NCBI GenBank assembly: GCA_964343875.1
Contig: CAYFJW010000002.1
Location: 6,797 to 70,796, forward strand
Source: Candidatus Woesearchaeota archaeon
GTDB taxonomy: Archaea; Nanobdellota; Nanobdellia; SCGC-AAA011-G17; UBA489
Reading direction: 5' to 3'
Length of the DNA stretch: 64,000 bases
Shown piece by piece: positions 28,776-37,048 of the stretch (its first letter is position 1; each line of letters opens with the position of its first letter). A program made the translations under genes and the position numbers. The notes below the pieces were generated by a model. That model was not told the origin of the DNA, ran no database searches, and saw only the letters and a program-made list of their open reading frames with translations.

Positions 28776-30164
28776 TTAAGCTATGTCAAAGCCCCGGTAT
28801 GCAGAATTTTCAGCAGTAGCAGTAACTTCTTGTAAATTCCCCCATGTAGAAGAATCAAATACTTGGACATTAATATCATTCCCCTTATCATACGTACCCA
28901 ATATGATCTCATTCCTCTCATGATTACCCTTAACAACGGCCCAAGTTATATCGTTAACAGTATCCGTTCCCACTGATTGAGCACTTGATTCAGCTTCAAA
29001 ATCATTTGTGTCATTCCATTTCCTATACCTCGGCGTAGCAACATTGGCCTCCCCATAACTAATAATCCCGTCCGCATGTGTAGAATTAATTACATCATCA
29101 TGTATGAAGTCAAACTCTAAGAAAGCAGTTCTGTTGTGATGATATATCGGAGAGTCACAACTTTCTTCAACCCAACCATAACAACCCTCATAAGGATCCT
29201 CATCACATGATAAATAACCTTCATCCAAACATTGTGTGTACTCCTCTAAAGGAGAATTAACCCTCAATACCTTGAAATCAAACACATCTGTTGGCCCAGT
29301 TAATCCTGTAACAGGTATAAATTGCACCTCGGGATAATCTATTACCCCCGACTTTCCAACTAAATGCGTTGTTCCTTCTTCATAAATCTCAAAATAAGTT
29401 AAAGTACCATTACTTCTTGCAAGAATGTCAATCATCCTTCCATCAGTTAGATTTTCTACAAATGTAACACGGACATATTCATCAGTATAAATTGCTTCAG
29501 ACCAATTAGCATCAACAGCCTTGATTTCATCAAAAATATTATTAATAAATCCATAGGTCTCATTCAAATGAACAGCATCACTTACATTAATTTCTCCAAA
29601 TCCAGGATCGTGAGGAGTTAACTCAAATGAATACTCTTCTCCAGGAATAATATCCTGTAAGAACTTCCATTCCCCATAACAAGCTTGCTCCTCAAAATTC
29701 CAATCCTTACATTTGTATAGCGCAGTACCCTTCGCCGTGGCAGTTACAGTTGCATTAGTGAACGGAACTTCTTCGGGATCAATAGCATAAACTTCAACGA
29801 ATTCAACTTCTTCAATCTTCTCTTCAGGTACATCATCCACACCCAAAACAACAGTTTTTTCACTAACATTTAAATCTTCAAATATAATTGTCTCAACAGG
29901 ACCATCATCCATTTCAACAACTACCTTGTGTTCTCCTTCTTCAACAATTTCAATCGTAGGCAAATCAGAGTCTATAACAGCAATCACATCCTCTGTTTCA
30001 CCCTCTAAAATTTCTGCGACGAATTCCACATCTTCCCCATTACTGTCATTAATTTCAATATCAACAATAACTTCATCCGATATAGGAACTTCACCTTCAG
30101 CAAGAACAAAAATAGCTAGCAAAGAGATTACAATTGTCACAAGAAGCAATAATCTCTTATTCAT
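28776..30164 (-). CDS. surface protein segment 1 (signal peptide and N-terminal domain)
   Basis: Signal peptide MNKRLLLLVTIVISLLAIFVLAEG; ends at TAA but the frame continues coherently into segment 2. Confidence 0.6.
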   Translation of the reverse strand: MNKRLLLLVTIVISLLAIFVLAEGEVPISDEVIVDIEINDSNGEDVEFVAEILEGETEDVIAVIDSDLPTIEIVEEGEHKVVVEMDDGPVETIIFEDLNVSEKTVVLGVDDVPEEKIEEVEFVEVYAIDPEEVPFTNATVTATAKGTALYKCKDWNFEEQACYGEWKFLQDIIPGEEYSFELTPHDPGFGEINVSDAVHLNETYGFINNIFDEIKAVDANWSEAIYTDEYVRVTFVENLTDGRMIDILARSNGTLTYFEIYEEGTTHLVGKSGVIDYPEVQFIPVTGLTGPTDVFDFKVLRVNSPLEEYTQCLDEGYLSCDEDPYEGCYGWVEESCDSPIYHHNRTAFLEFDFIHDDVINSTHADGIISYGEANVATPRYRKWNDTNDFEAESSAQSVGTDTVNDITWAVVKGNHERNEIILGTYDKGNDINVQVFDSSTWGNLQEVTATAENSAYRGFDIA

Positions 30165-30304
30165 TTTTTCCCTTCCCCCACAATAAATTTGTCAATAGCA
30201 GTCTCAACAGCATGAGAGACATTCCTATATTTCTTAGAACTAAGGAGTTTTTTCAGATTCCTTACAGTAGACTCATCTAATGTAACAGAAATCCTCTCTT
30301 TCAT
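30161..30304 (-). CDS. ribbon-helix-helix (CopG/Arc-like) DNA-binding protein
   Basis: 47-aa ORF MKERISVTLDESTVRNLKKLLSSKKYRNVSHAVETAIDKFIVGEGKK (too short for the ORF track); its TGA overlaps the ATG of the surface protein gene. Confidence 0.45.
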   Translation of the reverse strand: MKERISVTLDESTVRNLKKLLSSKKYRNVSHAVETAIDKFIVGEGKK

Positions 30305-30406
30305 TAAAGAATACAACATAAATAATACTTTATAAGACTTTCTATTATTAAAGAATATTAAATAAAATCAAATCATATAAAGTATTACGTTAAAAACAAC
30401 AAAAAA

Positions 30407-30949
30407 TCACTCTGTTAGATCAATTACACTATCGCACAAAGGAGCCAGTTCCCCAATTAATCCCTTATCAGTTTTATCATCCAATAAAACAATAACACCC
30501 ACTAAATCATGCTCCCTCATTTTTTCTATAAGGAACCTAGCAAACCTAATTACGGTCTTCTCACTATGGTAAACCGACAATGCATTCAATGAGTCCAATA
30601 ACACAAATTCATGCTGCTTAATTTTATAAATTGGTTCTAAACAAATGCCTATGTGTGTTAAACTTTCTAAACTCCTTAAGAACACACAGTTGTCCGCTTT
30701 CTGTTCTTTCGCAGTAACACAATCAACGAATAATAGATTATCAGGATTTACTCCCTTTGTCTTCATTAATTTACTAACAACCTTATATGGGCTGTTCATA
30801 GAAAGATATGCCCCATCCATTTTATTTTTTTTGACAAGGATTTTAATTATATCCATCATTATTTCTTTATATCCCCTACTAGGAAGGATAACCAGAGAAA
30901 CATAATCCTCATCTACCCCTTCCAACGCATCCTTAAGCTCTTTTTTCAT
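30407..30949 (-). CDS. degenerate RecA/KaiC-fold protein (no Walker A), partner of the KaiC-like ATPase
   Basis: RecA-like beta-strand pattern (FVLLDSLNAL, GVIVLLDD) but no P-loop; start overlaps the stop of the upstream ATPase gene. Confidence 0.4.
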   Translation of the reverse strand: MKKELKDALEGVDEDYVSLVILPSRGYKEIMMDIIKILVKKNKMDGAYLSMNSPYKVVSKLMKTKGVNPDNLLFVDCVTAKEQKADNCVFLRSLESLTHIGICLEPIYKIKQHEFVLLDSLNALSVYHSEKTVIRFARFLIEKMREHDLVGVIVLLDDKTDKGLIGELAPLCDSVIDLTE

Positions 30950-32121
30950 TAGTCGATTCCTCCAAAGACTTCTTGATCGGGGTAAACTGTGATCCCGTCA
31001 TCTGTAATCTGCATAGCAACAATTTTCTTATCGTGTTTAGCACCTCTCAGCTTTAAAACTTCTATGGCGTTCTCTCTTATATTTCCGCGTTTAATATTAT
31101 ATAAAACAATAACACCATCTGCAAGAAACTCTTCAACACCACTAGTACTAAAAATCTTAGGTATTTGCTCAGTTTCAGTAATCATAAAGGCTGTAGTAGA
31201 TATCTTTTCAAAGAATCTAAAAAGTTGCTCAATATAAATTCTATAACTATCTTCCTTTCCAGTAAAAGCAGAAGCAATTGCAGTTAATGAATCAACAATT
31301 ACAATATCTGGCTGAAAGTCAGAAGGGAATATAATTGGTTCAATATCAATCAAAAGCTCACCCTTAGACTTCATCAATAAAGCATCAACGCTCCTAGTAA
31401 TGTCAAAGGGATTAAATCTTTTAATTGCTAAGTTATTTTTTTTAATCAACTCATGCGGATTCCATCCAAAATCCTCCATATGTTGAATTAATCTTTCTTC
31501 AGACTCCTCAAAACTCATATACAAGCATTTCTTGCCTTTTTTTGCATGATGATTCAACATTTGCAAGCTTAGAATTGTTTTACCACTTCCCGCACCGCCT
31601 GCAAGAAGTATTGTAGATCCCTTTGGAACACCATCAAAGAATAAAGCATCAAAACCAGGAACACCGGTCTCAATAAAACCCTCCTTTGTTTTTTTACCAC
31701 TAATCTCTCCGACAGTTCTAGAGATTTCTTTACTCTCTGTAATCACCTTCGCTTCATGTTTTTTGATATTACCTGCTTTGATATGGCTTTCAATATCTTT
31801 TTTTATTTTAGAAAGATCAATTTTCTTTAAGTCAGAAATTTTACCTTCGCCTTTCTTTATATCTTCCTTTTCAATTTTCCTAACTTCTACATGGGGTCTG
31901 GATTTTTCCTTTCTATCTTTCGTCCAGTAATGAACCTTTGCCATATTGATCTTCCTAACATTAACATCACCCTTTCCAACCAATGCATGCAGCCTCGCAA
32001 GAACAGTGTGCCTAGCAAGCTTAGTACGCTTCATAACCTCTGCTATGGTCAAACCTTCAGAATGACTTTTTAGGAGATTCTCAATTTTATACCGGTGTTT
32101 GTCCTTTTCTCGCTTTGTCAT
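30949..32121 (-). CDS. wHTH-KaiC-like (RecA superfamily) ATPase
   Basis: N-terminal winged-helix (LTIAEVMKRTKLARHTVLARLHALVGKGDV), K/E-rich linker, KaiC/RadA-like domain with Walker A GGAGSGKT and Walker B VIVDSL. Confidence 0.7.
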   Translation of the reverse strand: MTKREKDKHRYKIENLLKSHSEGLTIAEVMKRTKLARHTVLARLHALVGKGDVNVRKINMAKVHYWTKDRKEKSRPHVEVRKIEKEDIKKGEGKISDLKKIDLSKIKKDIESHIKAGNIKKHEAKVITESKEISRTVGEISGKKTKEGFIETGVPGFDALFFDGVPKGSTILLAGGAGSGKTILSLQMLNHHAKKGKKCLYMSFEESEERLIQHMEDFGWNPHELIKKNNLAIKRFNPFDITRSVDALLMKSKGELLIDIEPIIFPSDFQPDIVIVDSLTAIASAFTGKEDSYRIYIEQLFRFFEKISTTAFMITETEQIPKIFSTSGVEEFLADGVIVLYNIKRGNIRENAIEVLKLRGAKHDKKIVAMQITDDGITVYPDQEVFGGID

Positions 32122-32191
32122 AAATATCTAGCATAAACAATTATAACAGTTATTTATAAACATTGTGTTACCCCAACATATAGTATATATA

Positions 32192-32254
32192 ACTATCACA
32201 TTAAACTATCACATTAAACTATCACATTAAACTATCACATTAAACTATCACATA
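32192..32254. repeat. 13-bp tandem repeat (ACTATCACATTAA) x4.8
   Basis: Read directly: four perfect copies and a partial fifth, 70-130 bp upstream of the wHTH-KaiC gene start. Confidence 0.9.
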
Positions 32255-32574
32255 CATATATCACCACTATTAAAATAGAAATACAAGCCCCAAAAACTAA
32301 AAATTCAGATTTCTGGGATTTAAGCAAAGGTTTATAATGCCCCATGATAATCCAATAAAATGGCCGAATATAAAACAAACAAGCAAGAGAATTACGCCGA
32401 AACTTCTAATAGCTCGAGCCTCTACATCCTACAAGGACAAATTAAGAGGAAAGGGATTTGCACTTGTGAGAAAAAAGTACCATGTCGCGGAACCTGTATC
32501 CCTCGCTAAAAATCCGAAATTCTTCTGAGAGTTTATAAGAAAGTTTAATAAATAAGTAATCTCTAGGGATTACC

Positions 32575-32802
32575 ATGAAAACAATCACAATTAAGCTACC
32601 CAAGGAAGAAGCAAAAAAGCTAGATCTATTCATCAAGGAACAGTACTACCCCTCTAAATCAGAATTCATAAGAAATCTAATCAGGAATAAACTTGAACAA
32701 GCCACAAAAGAGAAACAGGGTTGGTTGGCTCTAGCAGAATTATCATTAAAGAAGGTCTGGGATAATAAAAAAGATGATGAAACGTGGAGCCAATATCTAT
32801 GA
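32575..32802 (+). CDS. ribbon-helix-helix antitoxin (CopG-like)
   Basis: MKTITIKLPKEEAKKLDLFIKEQYYPSKSEFIRNLI RHH signature; 3' end overlaps downstream toxin. Confidence 0.6.
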   Translation: MKTITIKLPKEEAKKLDLFIKEQYYPSKSEFIRNLIRNKLEQATKEKQGWLALAELSLKKVWDNKKDDETWSQYL

Positions 32803-33134
32803 TTTCTCAAAGGGACTTATTGCTAGTTCCATTTCCCTTTTCAGATCAACAAGGAACAAAAGTAAGACCTGTAATCGCACTAAGTAACAATAAGTTTAAT
32901 TGTAATTCTGAAGATGTCATCGTAACAGCCGTAACATCCAATTTAACAAAAGAGAAATACTCCATAGACTTGTCTTCTTGTGACATGGAAGAAGGAATTC
33001 TCAATCAAGACTGTTGCATAAAAGCAGAAAATATTCTCAAGCTAGATAAAAACCTTATATTAAAAAAAATAGGAAAAATAAAACAAGAAAAACACAACCA
33101 AGTAATTAAACTAATAGAAGGGATAATTAATTAA
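32784..33134 (+). CDS. MazF/PemK-family endoribonuclease toxin
   Basis: RDLLLVPFPFSDQQGTKVRPVIAL motif typical of PemK/MazF. Confidence 0.7.
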   Translation: MEPISMISQRDLLLVPFPFSDQQGTKVRPVIALSNNKFNCNSEDVIVTAVTSNLTKEKYSIDLSSCDMEEGILNQDCCIKAENILKLDKNLILKKIGKIKQEKHNQVIKLIEGIIN

Positions 33135-34354
33135 AATACGGTCTGTATTCCCATCAAATTCAAAACAACTAATACAAACATAGCCAGAGAACTCAAGAAT
33201 CCTAAGAACGCAATCACATTAAATCTGCCAATATTAACAGGACAAGTAAAGGCTCTCTTAACATTTTTCATCTTATATCTCAGAACAATCATTCCTAAAT
33301 TTACTACTGCAAATGTGGCAAATAAGAACAAATTAGTTAGATTAGCAACAAACTCTATATCATTAATAAAAACAAACAAAGCAGTAACAAAAGAGAACAA
33401 GAATATTGCCGCCCATGGAGTCTGAGTTTTTTTATGAACTTTAGCAAGAACCTTGGGCAGGGTTTTCTGTTTAGCCATACCATAGATCATTCTTGAATTA
33501 GTAACTAATGTAATCAAAACAGTATTTGCAGTTGAAAACAACGCAACTATACCAATTATAATAAATGCAATCGGCCCCATTGAGGCAGCAACTACAGTCG
33601 CTAGCGGTGCAGTAGACTCAGATAGCTCTCCCCAAGGAATAATGCTAACTGCAGAGATTGAAACCAATACATAAACAATGGAAGTTATAATCACTGAATA
33701 AATCAAAGCCAAAGGAATATTTTTCTCAGGATTAACAGTTTCTTCTCTTAACTTAATTATGCTCTCAAAGCCCATATAGGCAAAGAAAACTAATGCAGCG
33801 GTACTAAAAACCCCTGGCAACCCAGCAGGCATCTCCATCAAATCAACACTACCCCAATTCTTTATTCCAAGATAGATAACTAGAATCAAACCACCAAATT
33901 CAACAAAGGTTGAAATAGTATTAAACCACGCAGACTCCTTAATACCTGTAAAGTTTATTATAGTCATTAAAACAATCAGGCCTAATGCAGCAACAACCGT
34001 AGAAATCCCAATCAATTTTATGAAGTATCCAGCAAAGCCCAATGAAACAGTAGCAGCACTAACCACCCCCGCAAGAAGAATCAACATACTTACAAAAAAG
34101 GCTAGTTTAGAATTAAACGCTTTTTTAATATAATCATACTCTGCAGCATCCCCTTTAAAGATTGAAGTTAATTCAGCATAACTTAACCCTGTAAATGCAG
34201 CAACAATTGCAGAAATTAAAAATGCCAACCAAATTGCATTACCTGCTCCGGCAGCAGCAACACCAATTAAAGCATAAATGCCAGCACCAAGAATAATTCC
34301 AACACCTGCAACAGTTACTTGCCACAGCTTCAATTCTCTACTAAGTTTCACCAT
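33131..34354 (-). CDS. amino acid permease (APC superfamily)
   Basis: 12-TM protein with GAGIYALIG N-terminal signature. Confidence 0.8.
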   Translation of the reverse strand: MVKLSRELKLWQVTVAGVGIILGAGIYALIGVAAAGAGNAIWLAFLISAIVAAFTGLSYAELTSIFKGDAAEYDYIKKAFNSKLAFFVSMLILLAGVVSAATVSLGFAGYFIKLIGISTVVAALGLIVLMTIINFTGIKESAWFNTISTFVEFGGLILVIYLGIKNWGSVDLMEMPAGLPGVFSTAALVFFAYMGFESIIKLREETVNPEKNIPLALIYSVIITSIVYVLVSISAVSIIPWGELSESTAPLATVVAASMGPIAFIIIGIVALFSTANTVLITLVTNSRMIYGMAKQKTLPKVLAKVHKKTQTPWAAIFLFSFVTALFVFINDIEFVANLTNLFLFATFAVVNLGMIVLRYKMKNVKRAFTCPVNIGRFNVIAFLGFLSSLAMFVLVVLNLMGIQTVF

Positions 34355-34368
34355 CTTTAAAATTATTC

Positions 34369-34821
34369 CTAAAGTTTCTTAAATAAACTCTTAGCTTCTT
34401 CCTTATTTAAGCTTGACTTAAACGACAACATCTCTACTAAATGAGGTTCAAGTCTTATAATATCCTTAGAAGTAATAATCCCCTGTAATTTGCCCCCGTC
34501 TATAACAGGTAGATGTTTAATATCAGAATTCCCCATTAACACAATAGCCTCATAAATATCCCTCTCACTCTCAATAGAAATCAGTTCTTCGCCAGCAACA
34601 TCTCCAACTTTTGCGCTTTTAGGATCTTTTCCCTGAGCAACAACCTTCCTTGCAATATCTTGTTCGGTTAGTATCTTTGTTGGAGCGTCATCGGTTGTAA
34701 TTATTACACTCCCCACCTTATTCTCACTCATTATTTTTGCTACTTCAGAGACAGTAACTTCAGAATCAGCAGTATGAACCTTTCTCCGCATAACATCATA
34801 TATTTTATATCCCGTGTTCAT
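34369..34821 (-). CDS. tandem CBS-domain protein
   Basis: Two CBS motifs (VGSVIITTDD..., HLPVIDGGKLQGIITSKDII). Confidence 0.75.
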   Translation of the reverse strand: MNTGYKIYDVMRRKVHTADSEVTVSEVAKIMSENKVGSVIITTDDAPTKILTEQDIARKVVAQGKDPKSAKVGDVAGEELISIESERDIYEAIVLMGNSDIKHLPVIDGGKLQGIITSKDIIRLEPHLVEMLSFKSSLNKEEAKSLFKKL

Positions 34822-34950
34822 AAAAACAACAAGTGTTTTGAGTATTTAACATTTGTTGATTTAGAAAATATGTTCAAATTACAACTTGTAACCATTATTT
34901 GATAGTTAATTTAGAAAGACTTATAAAAGATTGACCTTGGAAAAAACCAG

Positions 34951-36093
34951 ATGGCACTTGATCATGATATAGACAGAGTATTATTCTTAGGAATACCTCT
35001 GGGAAGAAAGTGTGGCGTCTCAAAAGCCAATCTAGAGCTAGCAAAAGCCCTTTCAGGCGAAGGTGTAGCTGTTGATCATATTTCCACATGGCCCCACACA
35101 GATCACTTTGAATTCACTCCATCCGCAGGCGAAGAAAGAAATTTCAAAAGCATAGACGACTTCTTGGCTTTCATGGACGAGGCGGGAAAAGAACCTGACT
35201 TAATACACTGCCATAGTTGGGCATGGGCACCACAATCCCAAGTCGATGGCGAAGGAATAAAGAAGATAAAAAACCATTTTGATGTTGGTGTTGTTCATAC
35301 CTTTCACAGCTATCTTCCAATCGAACAAGCAGCACAAGAAGAATTACTACCTTACGCAGAGAGGGTGGTCCATCTTACCGAACAAGGAGAAGCTGCATTT
35401 TGTGAAATATTTAGACATATGCCACAAAAGTTCCCTAACCTAAGAGTTGTACCCAATATAGTTCAAACTCCAAAATGCTCCAATGCAGATGTTCAAGAAG
35501 TGAGGAAAAGAATAAGTCCAAATGGGGAAGACGTTATTCTTTACGTGGGAAGATTCTCTCATGAAAAAGGAACAACTGAGTTAACAGATGCCTTTGATAC
35601 AATCTCAAAAAAATATGGCGGAGATGTTAGACTAGTTCTAATCGGAGAAGAAACTAAACCTCACGGTGAAGAAGAACGTATGATTGGGAACCTTGCAGGG
35701 TGCATGGGCCAAGTAACATTCACAGGTTGGTTAGACGAAAGAGATGTTGCATTACATCAAAGAGCTACTGGAATGGGTGGTCTTGAAATAGCTCCAAGTT
35801 ACTACGAAGCTTTTTCTTTAGCAATATTCAAAGCACTAGCAACAGGATGTCCAGTTGCAGCATCAAGAATCCCAACTCTCAGAAATTTATTACATCTAGA
35901 TACTGATAAGCCATATGCAATACCAATCAGAGAAGTAAGTCCCGGCGATATAGTTACAGCTTTTGATTTCTTTAGAGCAAATAGAAGCGAATGTCTAGAA
36001 CTTACAAGATTAGCTCAACAAAAAGTAACCAAAGATTATTCCCCTCAAAACGTAGCTAGGCAATGCTTAGGCGTTTACAGGGAAGTCCGATAA
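34951..36093 (+). CDS. glycosyltransferase, GT4-like (GT-B fold)
   Basis: C-terminal EAFSLAIFKALATGCPVAAS E-x7-E-type motif; GC-richer than surroundings. Confidence 0.65.
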   Translation: MALDHDIDRVLFLGIPLGRKCGVSKANLELAKALSGEGVAVDHISTWPHTDHFEFTPSAGEERNFKSIDDFLAFMDEAGKEPDLIHCHSWAWAPQSQVDGEGIKKIKNHFDVGVVHTFHSYLPIEQAAQEELLPYAERVVHLTEQGEAAFCEIFRHMPQKFPNLRVVPNIVQTPKCSNADVQEVRKRISPNGEDVILYVGRFSHEKGTTELTDAFDTISKKYGGDVRLVLIGEETKPHGEEERMIGNLAGCMGQVTFTGWLDERDVALHQRATGMGGLEIAPSYYEAFSLAIFKALATGCPVAASRIPTLRNLLHLDTDKPYAIPIREVSPGDIVTAFDFFRANRSECLELTRLAQQKVTKDYSPQNVARQCLGVYREVR

Positions 36094-36137
36094 AACTAAT
36101 AACTTTTATAAGGACATTAAAGACCCTTCTACCAGAT

Positions 36138-36223
36138 GCGGGAGTCCCATAGTCTGGTCAATTGGGCAGGACTTAAGATCCTGTGGCTTAGTGCCTGCGA
36201 AGGTTCGAATCCTTCCTCCCGCA
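36138..36223 (+). tRNA. tRNA-Leu (anticodon TAA)
   Basis: Acceptor gcgggag/ctcccgc, anticodon loop ctTAAga, long variable arm, T-loop ttcgaatcc; no CCA. Confidence 0.8.
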
Positions 36224-36295
36224 GTTAATTCCATTAATCGCACATACCTTGTTCTGGGGAATACATCTTAAACAGGGGTACCCCCTCTTAACAAC

Positions 36296-37021
36296 ATGTA
36301 TTCTAGTAAAAGTGCTCTCAAAATTCCAACAAAATGGACGGCAGATTTAGCATATTTTTGTGGTTTGATTACCGGAGATGGATCAATGCCAGATGCACAT
36401 TCAAGGAGACCAAATGGAAAGAAACAAAAAAGGTACATGATACACTTCTTTGGTAATTCCCCCAAGTTCATGAATGAAGTTTACATGCCTCTTTTTCACA
36501 ATCTTTTCGGGATAAAACCCCGCCTAACATTATCACACGGCAGGGGAAATCTACCAGTGCACAACTGTCGTAAGGAATCAAAAACAATCTACTTATTCCT
36601 CAGAGACAAAATAGGTTTATCTACAGGAAAAAAGGCAAAAATAGCACACGTTCCAAAAATGCCTAAAAGTTTTCAAATAAACTTTCTCGCTGGACTATTA
36701 GACACTGATGGAGGCAAAAAGGGAAGTGGGTTTGGGTTGTCAACTGCTAGCAATAAGCTAGGCAAGTTTTGTTGTGAAATGTTTGAGAGGTTAGAGTTGT
36801 CACATCATTCTTGTCCATGGAAATACAAGGGCCACATCTACCACCAGGTATATGTGCATAAGAGAGATTGCATAAAAATATTAGAGACAATACCTTTAAA
36901 AAATAAAGAAAAAATCGAATTTTTGCGTAGCACTGCCTCGGTGGTTCAGTCGGTAGAATACGTGCTTGGTAAGCACGAGGTCGTGGGTTCGATTCCCACC
37001 CGAGGCTCTCATAAAATTTAG
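36296..37021 (+). CDS. LAGLIDADG homing endonuclease (double-motif), free-standing between two tRNA genes
   Basis: Two LAGLIDADG motifs (FCGLITGDGS and LAGLLDTDGG); last ~28 codons of the ORF are translation of the downstream tRNA-Thr gene. Confidence 0.7.
   Translation: MYSSKSALKIPTKWTADLAYFCGLITGDGSMPDAHSRRPNGKKQKRYMIHFFGNSPKFMNEVYMPLFHNLFGIKPRLTLSHGRGNLPVHNCRKESKTIYLFLRDKIGLSTGKKAKIAHVPKMPKSFQINFLAGLLDTDGGKKGSGFGLSTASNKLGKFCCEMFERLELSHHSCPWKYKGHIYHQVYVHKRDCIKILETIPLKNKEKIEFLRSTASVVQSVEYVLGKHEVVGSIPTRGSHKI
36935..37007 (+). tRNA. tRNA-Thr (anticodon GGT)
   Basis: Acceptor gcctcgg/ccgaggc, anticodon loop ttGGTaa, T-loop ttcgattcc; no CCA. Confidence 0.8.
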
Positions 37022-37048
37022 AGGTTAATCCCCTCGGTGGCTTCGATT

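Larger units (their letters stand above)
23990..30164 (-). pseudogene. composite giant (~2000 aa) N-glycosylated surface/S-layer-like protein interrupted by two in-frame stops and one homopolymer frameshift
   Basis: Segments 1-3 share one reading frame over 5619 nt, with a single TAA (~28777) and a single TGA (~26499) between them and stop-free, sequon-containing translation across the 40- and 52-codon joints; the 24562-24568 A7 run links to the TM-anchor ORF. Confidence 0.5.

Noticed and set aside
32192-32254. CRISPR array
   Set aside because: The units are 13 bp and directly abutting with no spacers, and no cas genes are nearby. This is a simple tandem repeat.
36268-36471. 67-aa minus-strand ORF
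   Set aside because: It is antisense to the start of the LAGLIDADG gene and to the tRNA spacer, with no signal of its own.
36138-37007. The LAGLIDADG ORF being encoded in a large intron of one of the flanking tRNAs
   Set aside because: Both tRNAs fold as complete, uninterrupted cloverleaves with intact anticodon loops. The ORF lies between them, not inside either.
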